A stretch of DNA of 64,000 bases from Setoptus koraiensis (GCA_048013815.1 CM106585.1:7130001-7194000), one strand, 5' to 3'. Positions 34,270 through 46,996 are shown, numbered from the stretch's first letter. The notes: generated by a model not told the origin, from the letters alone. Program-made: numbers and translations.

Positions 34270-36680
34270 TCTATCCATTAAGTCATCTTCATCATCCACG
34301 TCGAACAGTGACTTAATTATTCTATCGCTAGTTTGTCGGATAATCTCATAATCCGCCGAGGAGGCATCGTTCGGAATCTGATAGATGTTGAAACATTCAG
34401 TTGCTATCAGTTTTGACCAAATTTCACCGTAATAAAGGCCAGCTCTAATTGTATGTAGATCCAATTCGCCACAGTAATGAAAAGTTGTGGGATCGTGAGA
34501 GAAAGGTTTATAAATAGTGTACAACTTTTTTGCCACCCTTCCGGCATCCGTGAGAGATGTATTGAACTCTATATCTAAGTGTGACTTGTATAATTCATGG
34601 GAGTTGCGTACAGAGTTGAAGTAAGTCAAAGACTTCAGTAATCTCTCAATGATGTCCTGACTTAGATGTTTGCCGCTCTTTCTGTCATAGCTACAAGATT
34701 GTAGAACTCTAGGATCTTTTAGAAGCCATGAAACAAACAAATTGGGTAATATGCGATTTGTATCTGCCTTGAATGGTCCCTTCAAGTTGAGTTCATAAAA
34801 TTCATCATTATACAATAACTCTTGAATTATTGTACCAACTCCTTGAAATAGATTTTGTATGTCCACCTGCGACATAAATGCTTCGCTGCCTGAACTTTTT
34901 CTCAGCCCATTACTCAAATATAAAGAGGCTTTGGATCCCAATTGATTGCTTCTACCTCTTATACGCCCCATAACGCAACCAGATGCGTGAATATCTAATT
35001 TGGTGAACGGGTCGTAATAGAAAGTGCCTAAATTTTCACCTTTATAAGATACCATGTACTTTTTTACATCTTTGTTCCAAACGTAGGAATCGTCGGGATT
35101 CACACGTACAACGGTTATATCGAAATAGTTTTTGAGAAAGTCTTGAAGACCTTGAAAGACTTTGGCGTAGGGGAACATCCTGTCGATTTCTCTTTCCTTG
35201 AGTTTAACGAGTTTTTCTTGTTTATATTTATGAATCCAGTATTCAATATCTGCCTCCTGAATCTCCCCATCATAGTTGTCATCGTTGTGGCTTGAGGCAA
35301 ATTCCTTAAGTTCATCTAGTCTCTTTTGAAATATGGCAAAGTTAGTTTTATTTAATTTGCTCAATGTCTTCAATATCAATTCGGTTGATTGTTCATGAGC
35401 ATCGGGTCTCTTGAACTCAAAATAGTTCCTGCATTTAAAATTGTCTGCTATCTTCATTCTTCCCAGTCTGAGATTTTCTATTACCCTGTAATTGTTGTAT
35501 CGCGGACTACCACCCGGTGAACAAAGTCTGTTTAAGGTCCTGTAAAACGTCCGCCTGATATCACTATCTGGACACAATTTGATGAACAATTGACAGTTTT
35601 GTGTGTTAACATCTAACGGAGTCCTTAATTTGTGGTGAGTCGAATCATCGATCGACAATTCCGGCGTTACAGCTTTCAAAATATCTGGATCATCAATTGT
35701 TCGAGTAAAAGAGGCAGCGGCTCCATAGTAGTTGTCATGCATAGATCTTAGATGAATCTTTAGATGAGATTCTAGCCGATCTAAGGCGTTTTTGGCCTCC
35801 ACTCTGAGAGTAGATCCATAGTTCTTCGACTCTTGAACGTACATTTCTAGCATTTTTCGCACGCTTCTATCATAGTCTTTCGACATTTTGGCTAGACTTT
35901 CGATGGTATTCATGATTTTGTCAGATTGGTATACTTTCCTGCGCACCTCAAGACATCTCTGTGGTAAACTAGAGCCATTTAGTGCAATAAACTGCGAGTT
36001 CTTCACGTGCCACATGAGATACATAATCTGATAGGCCGAGTCTAGTTTGAACAGGCCGTCTTCAATTGTAAGGAATAACTTTCTCGGGTCTTTCAATATA
36101 GTCTCTGAATGAATCCACATGATGATAATTAGTAAAGAATAATCATGGTCAATAAAGAATAAGTTAGGCAGACTTACTATGCGCTGGTGGTATCTATCGG
36201 ATGATTATTGAGAATTGTCAAACTTACCGTTAGCATCGAGGTACGTGAGATTCTCTATAAGAGCTGAGAATTCTCCCATTGTTTTGCCTAGAGCTAAGTA
36301 GCATTTCTCGAAGTCTATCTTAGAGAAATCAATTCTATCATTCGCGTGAGCAGCAAAGTTAATAACTTCATTGTTCTCTGGCGTTTCGGCTGGTATCTCT
36401 GGTAAACTGATGAATGGGGAAACATCATCGTTGCGTTAATGTACTGAGACTATTAACAGATAGTTGGATATTAAGAGATTATCGGAAGTACTTACGCTAC
36501 GAAGAAATCTTCCCTCTTCGAAGTATCTAGTATCTCCTGGTCAGGATAGGCTGTGGACAGAAATCTATGTGATGAGGGTCTTAAACTGTGTCCCCAGAAA
36601 ACTTGTTTGCACGATCTGATGCTGATGTTGTTGACATGAAGAACTTTCCTCAGATTGACCAATGATCTGTGGCAAATCAT
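34210..36680 (-). CDS. M3 (oligopeptidase A/thimet-like) peptidase homolog, probably mitochondrial and inactive; exons 36680-36496, 36406-36228, 36104-34210
   Basis: GT-AG introns 36495-36407 and 36227-36105 join a presequence-like exon and an LPEIPAETPENN exon in frame to the long ORF. M3-like segments are NYRVIENLRLGRMKIA, LGTFYYDPF and ELYKSHLDIE. The HExxH position reads FQGVGTII. Confidence 0.72.
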
Positions 36681-37028
36681 TGTTCCGCCAAGAATAAATT
36701 GGTTTTTTCTATATCGAATGTGTGAATTAGCTTATCAGGTTGATAATTAGGAAATATATTCACAAAATCCAATGTGAAGTCAGATTGTATACCAACATTA
36801 AACAATGGTAGAATAAAACAGCGCGTGGATGCAGCTGAAACTATGGTGCACCGTGCACCATGCTTACGAACACATGGTTTCTTTTATTTTGTTTTGCCTA
36901 CAAGGCACCGCATGGTGAAAGACAGTATCATTATTGCAGTCTATCTAAATAAATTTTATATGATTATTGAATGCAATTCCAAGTAAAACTGAAATAATAT
37001 AACTAATTTTCTAGACAGTTATTTCGGT

Positions 37029-37892
37029 ATGACTACATCAGAGAAAGCAATCAAGTTATTGAAATACCTCCCGAGGTTGAGCTCAGATAATCTTGTCAAA
37101 TCTCCATATAAAGAAAAGAAGGTTAGTAAATTAAAACGATTCGAGAGGCCATACCCAGTCAAATCACATGAAGAAAGACAAAGATGGCATCCTTTAGGTT
37201 ACGAGCCTGGCAGAACACCATGGTACCTCAAGGCTCCAGCTGAGAACTACTATAAAAACTTTGATGCAAGGCGCCAATATCCACCTTTGTCATTGCATAC
37301 ACTTCAAATGCTGATCGACACTCATCTTGTGGATACCACTCTACCTATAGATTTAGCAACCATATGCAACAGCAACCATTTTGACTGTGTACCTTCAGAT
37401 AATCATTATGGTGTACACCTTACAGATGAAGGCATGGACAATTTTGTAGCTTGTGTCAATATCGAGGTACAATATGCAAGAGAGCCCGTAATAGCTGCAA
37501 TTGAACGCAGTGGTGGTCGGATAACAACGGCTTTTTTTGATATTAAATCAGTCTCCGCACTTTGTAACCCATATAAATTTTTCCAACGTGGTGAGCCAAT
37601 CCCTAAAAGGTTATACCCACCGCGGGATGCAATTGACTATTATACTAACCCAAAGAATAGAGGATATTTAGCTGACCCTGAGGAGATTGAAAAAGAACGT
37701 TTCATTTTATCTCAGAAATACGGCTACGAGATCCCGGAAGTGAAAGATGAACAAATGAAAAAAACTCTAGCTGTAAGGAAGCACGCGAGACAGATTTTCT
37801 TTGGTCTAGAACCAGGCTACTACATCAATCTCAAAGATAAGCAAATACTTGAGCCTGATGATGAAGAGCTCCTCCTATACTACCGGGGTTGA
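37029..37892 (+). CDS. MRPL15: Mitochondrial ribosomal protein L15 (uL15m)
   Basis: ERQRWHPLGYEPGRTPWY, RRQYPPLSLHTLQMLID, GVHLTDEG, VNIEVQYAREPVIAAIERSGGRITTAFFD and YYTNPKNRGYLADP. Confidence 0.92.
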   Translation: MTTSEKAIKLLKYLPRLSSDNLVKSPYKEKKVSKLKRFERPYPVKSHEERQRWHPLGYEPGRTPWYLKAPAENYYKNFDARRQYPPLSLHTLQMLIDTHLVDTTLPIDLATICNSNHFDCVPSDNHYGVHLTDEGMDNFVACVNIEVQYAREPVIAAIERSGGRITTAFFDIKSVSALCNPYKFFQRGEPIPKRLYPPRDAIDYYTNPKNRGYLADPEEIEKERFILSQKYGYEIPEVKDEQMKKTLAVRKHARQIFFGLEPGYYINLKDKQILEPDDEELLLYYRG

Positions 37893-38225
37893 TTGGTTAT
37901 CTATCCACCCAATCGAATTTGAATATTAGTATTCAAAGTGAGCATGAAATTATTCGGAAATTATTGAATTGAAACCACTCACGGAGGGAGGTAGTTTAGA
38001 ATAAGTTTTATAACGATGGTTACAATAAAATTAATCTAGAGTTTAGTGTCCGAACGCGTCAATCCATGAAAATATTTCTCGAAATGGAGAGGAGGTTATA
38101 GTGCTCCATTATAATTTATATAATAATTTAGAAATCAAATTAGTACCATTTTGCTCGAAAGAGAAGATCTCTCTTGAAGGTGGAAGAGCACAGAATAAGA
38201 TTGATCAGATCCTAATCGATAGTGT

Positions 38226-39519
38226 TTAACGGCAGCTTTGGTGGTGTGGTTCAAATCCCGTGCGATAATCTCGGCATATAGGCGGTAAAAAGTTGCGAAG
38301 TCTCGTGTTACATTTGGAGCATGATGCCGAAAATAGATTGCCGTATGAGGCTAGCCAACTCTATATTTGAAAAAAGTTTAAAATATATTTAAGTCGAAGA
38401 TTTTTCAGTTAGAATCTTTTTTTGGTACAATGCTCAACGAAGATAGAGTTGAATACTTACTAGGAATGTTTTCAAAGCTATCGGAGGATTTTGAGGATAT
38501 TGAAAATGCAACATAGCCATATTAGCTTGTTGCGTTATCTTCCTGAACACTAGATACTTTGATTCAGACCATATGTCAACTTCACTGTCTGGATCAACAA
38601 ATTCTGTCTGTGTGTCAGTAGGGCTTTTCATTTTTTGTTGTTGTTGTTGCACATTTGTAACTTTTGTTGTAGATTTGTTGAAGTGGTCTTGTGACCCACT
38701 CACAGCAAATGATTCGTGGTGGGCCTTTATGACGAGGGCATCCAAAACTTTGCCACGTAGTACTAGAACTGCTTTCAAAATTCTGTTCAAACTCAGTTGT
38801 ACTATAGCTGTTGACATACCAAACGGTGTAGAGTATTGAACTTCTACGGTTGGATTGTGTTTGGCAAAATAATTTATAACATCTCTCAAATTATCCGAGG
38901 GCATTTGAGTTATTGTTGGTTTGTTTAATTGTTGCAGAGACATGTAGGGATTGAATAAGGCTCTTCTTTGACATTTAAAGCCGGGGAAAAAAGTTCTCCT
39001 CAGTGATTGCTGTTGCAATAATTGATTACACAGAAGAGAATATTCGTGCATATTATCGTACATTTTCAATGTTTTACACATATCTGTGTATAGATTGTTT
39101 TGCTCGGAGATGAGATCGTGTCCCAAATGTGCAGATTCGCCCAATGTTGTAGTGAGCGATGACGCCGCTACCATCTCGACGCCCTCGTCTATTGTCTTCA
39201 AAATGGTATATATCTTGCTAATGGATGCAGAGACGAAATTGACAAGATCCTGGTTGGACTGTTTGTCTTGTTGCTTTAAGACGCGGCAATCAGGCGAAGA
39301 TATCTTACAATTGACATGATGATTTGATCCTATCAACATCAAGTGCTCCTCTAGGCTGGCTTGAGCACCGCTGGTGGCCGACTGGTGTCGAGATTCTTGT
39401 TCTGGTGGTCCATTGTCGGCTAAAGTAGAGAAAAGTTCTGTGACAGATAACCGTAGAACTCTGACGCTGTTTATGAGGTTGGTCACAATTTCTAAATGTG
39501 CCTTATGGTCACTGGTCAT
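38226..39519 (-). CDS. MED27: Mediator subunit 27; exons 39519-38461 and 38360-38226
   Basis: VRVLRLSVTELF, DIWSESKYLVFRKIT and AMLHF. After the intron 38460-38361 the second exon gives SWLASYGNLFSASCSKC..LPPICRDYRTGFEPHHQSCR, the conserved Zn-binding C-terminus. Confidence 0.9.
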
Positions 39520-40225
39520 TGTTCCTGGTGATTGTGTATCATTGATTGAAATGTGATGAATTTTTTGAATTTTTTGTTGAAGATTAAATATTTCCCTTTA
39601 TAGCCTCAAATCACTTCCAACTGATTGAATTCTGTGCGGTTATTTGAATAATATGATGACGACTTCGACGACGAAGAAGGCTTTTTTTTATTCAATGGCT
39701 GCACCAACATGTTCATTTCGACTAATAACAACATGCAAAGAGGTGCACGATGCCGGTGCTGCTGCAGCATTGACGATTCCACGAGCAGATGAATGACTAT
39801 CGGCGGCGTTGTGGAGGAACAGCTGATTTTAGAGCTGGTAGAAATTTTGTTCCCTAGATGTCGCCTACGAAGCGGAATCATGAAAAGAGCCGGCACAGTC
39901 GAGTGGAGCTTCGCCGGGGACCATATGCTGTAATTGGTGTAGTATGTCCAATTACGAAACATGTAGACATGACCATAAGGACAACCGGCACGGACATGGA
40001 CACACCAGCGAGACCAAGAAAAGGAAGATTTTAAAAAAAAATCTATAAGAGAAAAGTGAAAATCGAATAAAGAGTAACATCGACAATGAGAGAATTTGTT
40101 ACAAGTGAGACGCATGGTTTGTATATGAAAATATGAGCAAATGAAATGATTTATTGAAATTTAAATGTTGAGCTGCTCATCTGTTGTAGTCTTTGATTTG
40201 TGTTGTGATGTGTATTGTAATTGTG

Positions 40226-40228
<3 letters not shown>

Positions 40229-40259
<31 letters not shown>
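40229..40259. repeat. (GT)n microsatellite in the Myc 3' region
   Basis: Perfect GT run of about 15 units. Confidence 0.9.
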
Positions 40260-40263
<4 letters not shown>

Positions 40264-40366
40264 TGTTTGTTTGTTTGTAGGTATACGTGTGTGTGTTGTT
40301 ATTGATGTTGTTGTTATTTTTTATCAATTAATATTAATATTATTATATTTATTATTATAATTAGTG

Positions 40367-41449
40367 TTATTGTTGCTGTAGTTGTAGTTGCTGTTGTTTG
40401 ACAAGTATGCTATGTTGCTTGCATTGCTCTAATTTGTTTAATAATTTTTCATGCTTAGCTCGTTCCTCTGCTAATAGTGATTCGAGATCTTTGGATTTTT
40501 GATTGATTTGTCCTACATAGGTTGTCGCTTCGTGTAAAATTTGAATTCTAGGCGGTTTCTTAGTTGAGCTCCTCAATTGGGGCACTTGATCCCTTAAATG
40601 ATTGAAGGCACTTCTAAGATGATCTCTCCTTTTCCTTTCTGAGTCATTATGCTCCCTACTACGCTTGTTGTGCGTGTGAGGTACGTAATTAGGATGATGC
40701 CTATCAAGAATAACTGGCGAAGTTGGAGCTGACACTGCTGGTGATGAAATTGTTGATGATGATGCTGTAGATGACAGGGATGGTGTTACCAAAAGATTGT
40801 TGTTGTTGTTATTAATATTATTATTGATAAATTGTTGATTGTGTTGCTGTGATTCTAGTTGTGTTGGTTGGTGCTGCAGATGTTGCAGTTGCTGTTGTTG
40901 ACGTATTTGTAGTTGTTGCTGCTGCTGATCTAATTGCTGTTGTTGATGTTGAATTTGCTGCAATTGTAACTGTTGTTGTTGCTGATGTTGTTGCAATTCA
41001 TGAGGATCTGGTGTTGATGATGATTTAAATGAAGATGCCGTAGATGATAGCGATGGAGGCGTAATCAAAAGATTGTTATTATTATTAATCAGTTGTTGAT
41101 CGTGGTGTTGTTGTTGTTGTTGTTGTGTTGTTACTAGTGGTTGTTGTTGATGTAGTTGTTGTAGTTGCTGTTGCTGATGTAATAGGTGTTGCTGTTGTAG
41201 ATCTAACTGCTGATGGTGTTGTGATTCGTGAGGATCTGGTGTTGTTGGTGATGATATAGTTGAGGTGTGGTCTTGTGTATGATAAATGTAATTTATGGAA
41301 AATAAGTTTGTAGCGTTAGACATGTTAGCTAAGTGGTTATTTGTTTTGCTGCTGTGTCTCTCATCGCACATGCCGGACCACATACAATCGTGAAACATAA
41401 CTGGCCCATCATCGAATAAGAGGTCATAATAGTAGGGTGAGCCCATCAT
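40367..41449 (-). CDS. Myc: Myc transcription factor (Myc box II plus bHLH-Zip), possibly incomplete at the 5' end
   Basis: FHDCMWSG (MBII) and the C-terminal bHLH-Zip REHNDSERKRRDHLRSAFNHLRDQVP..PPRIQILHEATTY. The frame stays open upstream of the ATG to a possible acceptor (CACACGCAG) near 41505. Confidence 0.88.
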   Translation of the reverse strand: MMGSPYYYDLLFDDGPVMFHDCMWSGMCDERHSSKTNNHLANMSNATNLFSINYIYHTQDHTSTISSPTTPDPHESQHHQQLDLQQQHLLHQQQQLQQLHQQQPLVTTQQQQQQHHDQQLINNNNNLLITPPSLSSTASSFKSSSTPDPHELQQHQQQQQLQLQQIQHQQQQLDQQQQQLQIRQQQQLQHLQHQPTQLESQQHNQQFINNNINNNNNNLLVTPSLSSTASSSTISSPAVSAPTSPVILDRHHPNYVPHTHNKRSREHNDSERKRRDHLRSAFNHLRDQVPQLRSSTKKPPRIQILHEATTYVGQINQKSKDLESLLAEERAKHEKLLNKLEQCKQHSILVKQQQLQLQQQ

Positions 41450-42418
41450 GTTGCCGTCGATAATGGTGGTTAGATGGTTAGTAATGGTGTTGGTATCGAC
41501 TGCTGCGTGTGCAAATGACGAATGAGCGTCCCAAGTTGCCCTCGCCGCTCTCTCTCTCTCGTTTTCTCGTTCGCTCGTTGGCTCGTTTTCTCCTCGTCGC
41601 GCTCGCTCACTGTGTTTGTGTGTGTGTGTATGGCCGTTGCCTCTGCTCTCTTTATGCCTAATGTGCTAGTAATGTGCTGCTTGTTGTGCTCGCTGCTGCT
41701 GCTGCTCTGGCTGTCGCGGCTAAAGGCTGTGAATGCGCTCTGACTCTCTCTCTATCTATCTATATATATGGTGAATTTTCGGTGCATTGTACAGCAATAA
41801 CTTGTAACCTGAATTGCAAGCCAAGAGAGCAATACGCACACACACACACACACACATTCACTTGCAACGATTATTCGGTCGAGCATGCGCAGCACAGCAC
41901 ACATTTCTATTCCATGTTCTATTCAATGTTGTGATGACGATAGGGAGAGGGATGAAGTGCGACGATGCCGACGCGCATTGTGACGCACCGCGCGTCCACC
42001 ACCGCCATCATCATCCCCATCATCCCCATCATCATCATCATCATCATCATCAGACACACACACACAGTGAGAGAGAGAGCGCACACATTCTTCATTTGCA
42101 CATACTCTCATCATTATCATCTTGCTAGTCATCATCATCTTGCTCGTCATCATCATCATTTTGCTAGTCTTGGTCTCTCGCTCGCTCTGTGTGTGTCGTT
42201 CGCTCTCTCGCTCGCTCGCTCTCTAAACCCTAAAGAGCGAGAGTAAGTGAGAGCTGTTGCTTGTTTTCACAACACACTACAATTGTGCCCGTCCGTCTGT
42301 CCGTCTGTCTGCCTACGCTGTTTTGTTACTGCTCTTCGTGTGCGTGCGTGTGTGTGTGTGTGCTCATCTTCATCTTAATATCTCTGTCTGTGTATGCCTG
42401 TCTGTCTGTCTGTATGTC

Positions 42419-42449
<31 letters not shown>

Positions 42450-44613
42450 GTGTTCGCTCTCCAAGCTGCAGTCAAACTATTCAATAGAGTGTGCTATCGG
42501 GCTCATGCGCAGTGCAGTCGTTTGTTAGTTGTGCCAGTCGGGAATGGCGCAACAACAAGATGTGTTTGCAACTAGCTTTTGCTCGCCGCTCGTTTGTTCT
42601 CTCTCTCTCTCTCCCTCCCTCTCCCTTGTTCAACTATCCAGCCAGCCAGCCAATACACAGCTCGTAGTTGTAGAAAATACATAATTCTGATCAACTGCAA
42701 CTGCTGCTGCTCAAGCGACTGCTGCTGCTCGAGCGACTGCTGCACTTCGGCTGATTCGGCTCGTCTCGCGGCAACAGCTCACAACGGCTCACCAGGCTCG
42801 ATTGTCGAGTGAGTGTGCGATAAGCGCGCACAGCGAGCCAATGATACGATGCACCGAGTTTATGAGCAGCAGCAGTGATGAATAGCTATAGAAAGTAAAG
42901 GCAAAGTTGAGAACATTAGCTCGCTTTCGTTCAACTTCAACACTCGCTTGCGCTGCGACTAGCAATCAAATCGCCGCCTGTCTGATTGTGCCTCCATTAT
43001 CGTGACGCCAATCGCTGGGGTCGAAACGGGGTCCGTCGTTCGTTTACGCGACGAGGGCCAATTCATGTCTTGCTTCACTCTACTTTCGCTCCATTTTCCA
43101 TTTAAGTTGCCAGCCCTTGTGTTGTACAGACTAGTGGCAATCGGCGGAGTTGGGCTCGCTGGAGCCAAACGAGCCGCAACAACAAGTTGTTTGCTCTGGC
43201 TGCGGCCTCTGTTGTGCCAGTTGCAACTCTTTCGCCCCATCTTGTTCGACGCTATTGAGTCGGTACAATGGAGCCACGCAGTCAACGATTGCACAAATGT
43301 TCTGTGGGGGGCGATACGTGATTGGGGGCCGTCGTGCGCTACGAGTCGCCACAATTCGATCGAACTTTCGCTCGTCGCCACAATTCGATGGCCTCACGCT
43401 GGCCAAGATGGCGGATTGTTGGTAATAATTTAGATTGATGGGAGTCGACCAAATCAATTATTCTATTAGGCGGACAACTAACCGCAGCCACGGCTGCACC
43501 AGTGCAACAATAATGAACATTGTTTGCACCAATTGCGACAATTTCCAGCCGTGTGTCTTATTATTACATTACTACACTATTATATTATTATATTATTGCC
43601 AATCAGATTATCTAATCAAATAATGGCTCTTGTTATTTTGTTGTCGATACTATTACTAACATGTAATAGTGTATGGTTTTATATATACTATTATTACTAT
43701 ACATTGAATATATGCATTGAATAGAATGGCCGGGTACACGTAGCAGGGAACACGGAGCACACAAGAGCACAGAAACAATGGGCACCCCGTTATCGCGTCA
43801 TCATTTGCTTCCAATGGGCACTAAAATCATCAACTGTCGCTTATCTCAATTATAAACCATTACAATGGAGAACACCGCGGAAAACGACAACACAATGATG
43901 GAGATGCTCTTTTTGATATAAAATTTACAATATACCCAACATTATCTCTCTGGTGAGCCATTGTTGTAGACTTATCATCTAATGGCACCGCTGTGATCGA
44001 CTGCTAATGGCTGCGTCCTCACATTATCATCACCACTACCATATACACTATACACCACTATGTACTATTCGCACATACCATCATTATATTACTATTATCG
44101 GCATCTTGATAATTATGTCTCATCTGATAAGTGCAAGTTCTCTATTGCAATTATACACCTCCCATATGACACTAGCAGTATTTTCTTCGTCAAGTATCGC
44201 CAACAATACGCCAACCGGCAATGGGCTTTTTGTTGTTTTTGTTTATGCACTCGGGAAATAAAACATATTTAGACATACGCTCACACTTATGTCTAACGTA
44301 TATATAGAGGCTGGATATATATTTTTATGATGGACACACCATAAACGACCATTGCGCAAAAACGATATTGATAACAATGTCAATCACATCTGGCAGTTAT
44401 ATGATGTTATAGTGGCTTACAGTTGGTCGATATTCGCAGGGACACTCAATACAACACCACAAAACTACCATCACTCTTTATATTCCATCACCATTACCAG
44501 TCAACAACACATACGTGTATTGTTAGACGAAAACCAATTGAACCCAAGATCACACACACAACAATCATTTTTTAATCATTAGGGCGCTAACCTATTGCCA
44601 CTTATTCCCACAA

Positions 44614-44615
<2 letters not shown>

Positions 44616-44654
<39 letters not shown>
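44616..44654. repeat. (CA)n microsatellite
   Basis: Perfect CA run just upstream of the GH27 gene. Confidence 0.9.
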
Positions 44655-44658
<4 letters not shown>

Positions 44659-44854
44659 ACAAGTGAACACACAATCGTGTTTAACTATTGAGAATTTATG
44701 TTTTATTCCTTTTGCTATCGACAAAACGATAATAGCAGCGAGTTATAGTATAGCAACATTCAATCGATCAGAAGAATACAGAACGAGACGATAGAGAAAA
44801 AAAATCAAATTAGCTCACACTCAATAATCTCAGACACAGTAGCTATCTTACAGC

Positions 44855-44968
44855 ATGAAGCCTGCAACAAGTGTGCAACTGGTGGCAATGGCGTGCTTAC
44901 TAGTTGTCTGGAGCACATCAACAATTGTTACTGGTCTCGATAATGGCTTGGCTAGAACGCCGCCCATG
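44855..44968 (+). CDS. GH27 alpha-galactosidase/alpha-N-acetylgalactosaminidase, exon 1
   Basis: MKPATSVQLVAMACLLVVWSTSTIVTG-LDNGLARTPPM followed by a GTAAGT donor: a signal peptide plus the canonical GH27 N-terminus. Confidence 0.9.
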
Positions 44969-46395
44969 GTAAGTGTGCAATAAGTGGTAGATCTTATTCA
45001 CTACTACTGCTAATGAGATCAACTATTCTCATTAAATAATTTCAACTCGACTTTGGCAAACACTTACACTCACAAGCACACACACACACACACACTCAGA
45101 CACACTCATACTCCGACTCGCTAATGGTTTAGAATGAACTGGCACAAATTTAAAGATCTATCAGGGCAATTGTTGCTATTTATCTTGATCACAAGGAGAT
45201 TTGCATAAACATGAACGGCGGCAGCAACAGCGGCGTGTTCCAGTATAGCTTTATAATAGTCTAAAATCAACCTACCACTATTATAGAGACACGTTTCATC
45301 TACTATTGACAATACGCTACAGAGCTAACATCTTGGAGTCAACAACATGTTTAGTGTGTGTCTGCGATTGTGCTCTTGAGTTACGTGTGCACCATAATTC
45401 CAGAATCAACACTATCATCAATGGTGATTATCGGCGATTAGAATATTTTCCGCATCAAAAGATGGAATCAGCGCAATGCATATGCGCTACTAGCGAGTGT
45501 CCAGCGTGTTTGGTAGTTCGCCGAGATTGGTTGAAATTCGCCCAAGGGCGCTCAAAAATTTCAATGGCAACTCTTTGATTAGCCGAGAGACAGAGAGACT
45601 ATGGGAGTCGATACTTGTAGTGTCCATCAGTTGCACACTTAGCGCCAGTTCGAAGACTCAAACTGCAAATGTGGTCGTACCATTTCTAGATTGTCGTCCT
45701 CTCTGTGAGTGTAAGTGTGTAAAGTCAGACAGACGAAAACGTAAAGTAGACAACGGAATAGCAACAACAGCAACTGATTTCCAAAACTCTCGAACCACAG
45801 ACGACACACACATGTGTAGTGGACGGTGGTGTCGAAAATGCTGCCACAAACAACAAACGTTCTCTTGTTGGTGTAACATAATCAATGTATGTTATGACAA
45901 TGTATCAACCACAATGTGTCGATTTATCTGTTCCGATCAGAGTGTTGGAACATGTGTGCACTCTTGTTTGTTCATCTTCATTCATCTTATTGACATGCTC
46001 GACCATACTCCGCCCCTAGACGTTCGCTCTCGCTAATCCTTCTTTAATATTCATTTAATCATTCTTATCTCTATAACACTTAATACGCCATGCGTCTACT
46101 TGGCTCTTATTGTTGTTGTTGCCGTATTAATTTTTCCATCAATAATAGCTCAACAACAACAACAAGGGAATCATCGAATTGAACGCATGAGCATCATTAC
46201 CGGTGCCTTGTGGCGCTTCTGTCAACACGCTGCTAACGATGGTCGTCTCTCGCATGATCTCGAACAGGAATCAAAAATCATTCGCGCTCGACTAACCTAA
46301 TCTAAAAACCCAATCTAAAGCCTTGTAATCCAACTATAATCTAATACCATTGTCTCCTATCGTCTGTTTATCCTTCACTCACATAATATCATCAG

Positions 46396-46996
46396 GGTTG
46401 GCTAGCTTGGGAAAGATTTGTTTGTGAGCTGGACTGCGCCATATACCCCAACGAGTGCATCAATGACAAATTGTTCAAGGATATGGCGGACAGGCTAGCC
46501 GAGGACGGGTACGTTCAGGCGGGTTATCAGTACGTCAACATTGACGATTGTTGGTCGAAGCGCGACCGCGATCCCAGCACGCTTACCCTTGTACCCGAGT
46601 ACGATCGCTTTCCCGGTGGCATAAGAAAACTGGCCGATTACGTGCACGGCAAAGGCTTGAAATTGGGCATCTACGGTGACTGTGGAACGTATACGTGCCA
46701 AAAGTTTCCTGGTCAGCTAAAGTACGAGACAAATCTAACAGACAACTACTTTGATATTGACGCACAAACTTTTGCCGAATGGCAAGTTGACTCGTTCAAA
46801 TTCGACGGTTGCTACCTGGACCCGATGAAGGCCTCAGAGGTGTGTCCGTACATGTCGAGAGCGCTCAATAGCACCGGCCGGCCAATATTGTTTGTATGTA
46901 GCTGGCCCTTTTATGAGATGTACGCTCACAAAAAGACTGATTTCAATATGGTCAAGGAGAAGTGCAATGTTTGGCGTTACTTCGACGACATCGAAG
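46396..46996 (+). CDS. GH27 alpha-galactosidase/NAGA, exon 2
   Basis: CAG acceptor, then GWLAWERF..C, YQYVNIDDCW, RFPGGIRKLADYVHGKGLKLGIYGD, FKFDGC (nucleophile Asp) and CNVWRYFDDIE, ending at a phase-1 GTAAGT donor. Confidence 0.95.

Noticed and set aside
38248-38259. GGTTCAAATCCC, resembling a tRNA T-loop/B-box
   Set aside because: It lies antisense inside MED27 exon 2, with no cloverleaf or A-box context.
39606-40115. 169-aa minus-strand ORF downstream of Myc
   Set aside because: No recognisable motif; probably within the Myc 3' UTR or intergenic DNA.
43131-43457. Minus-strand ORF with NYYQQS..RPSNCGDERKFD, faintly like Myc box I (PSEDIWKKFE)
   Set aside because: No ATG before the motif, the IW and PTPP core residues are missing, and there is only a weak phase-1 donor; not supportable without cDNA.
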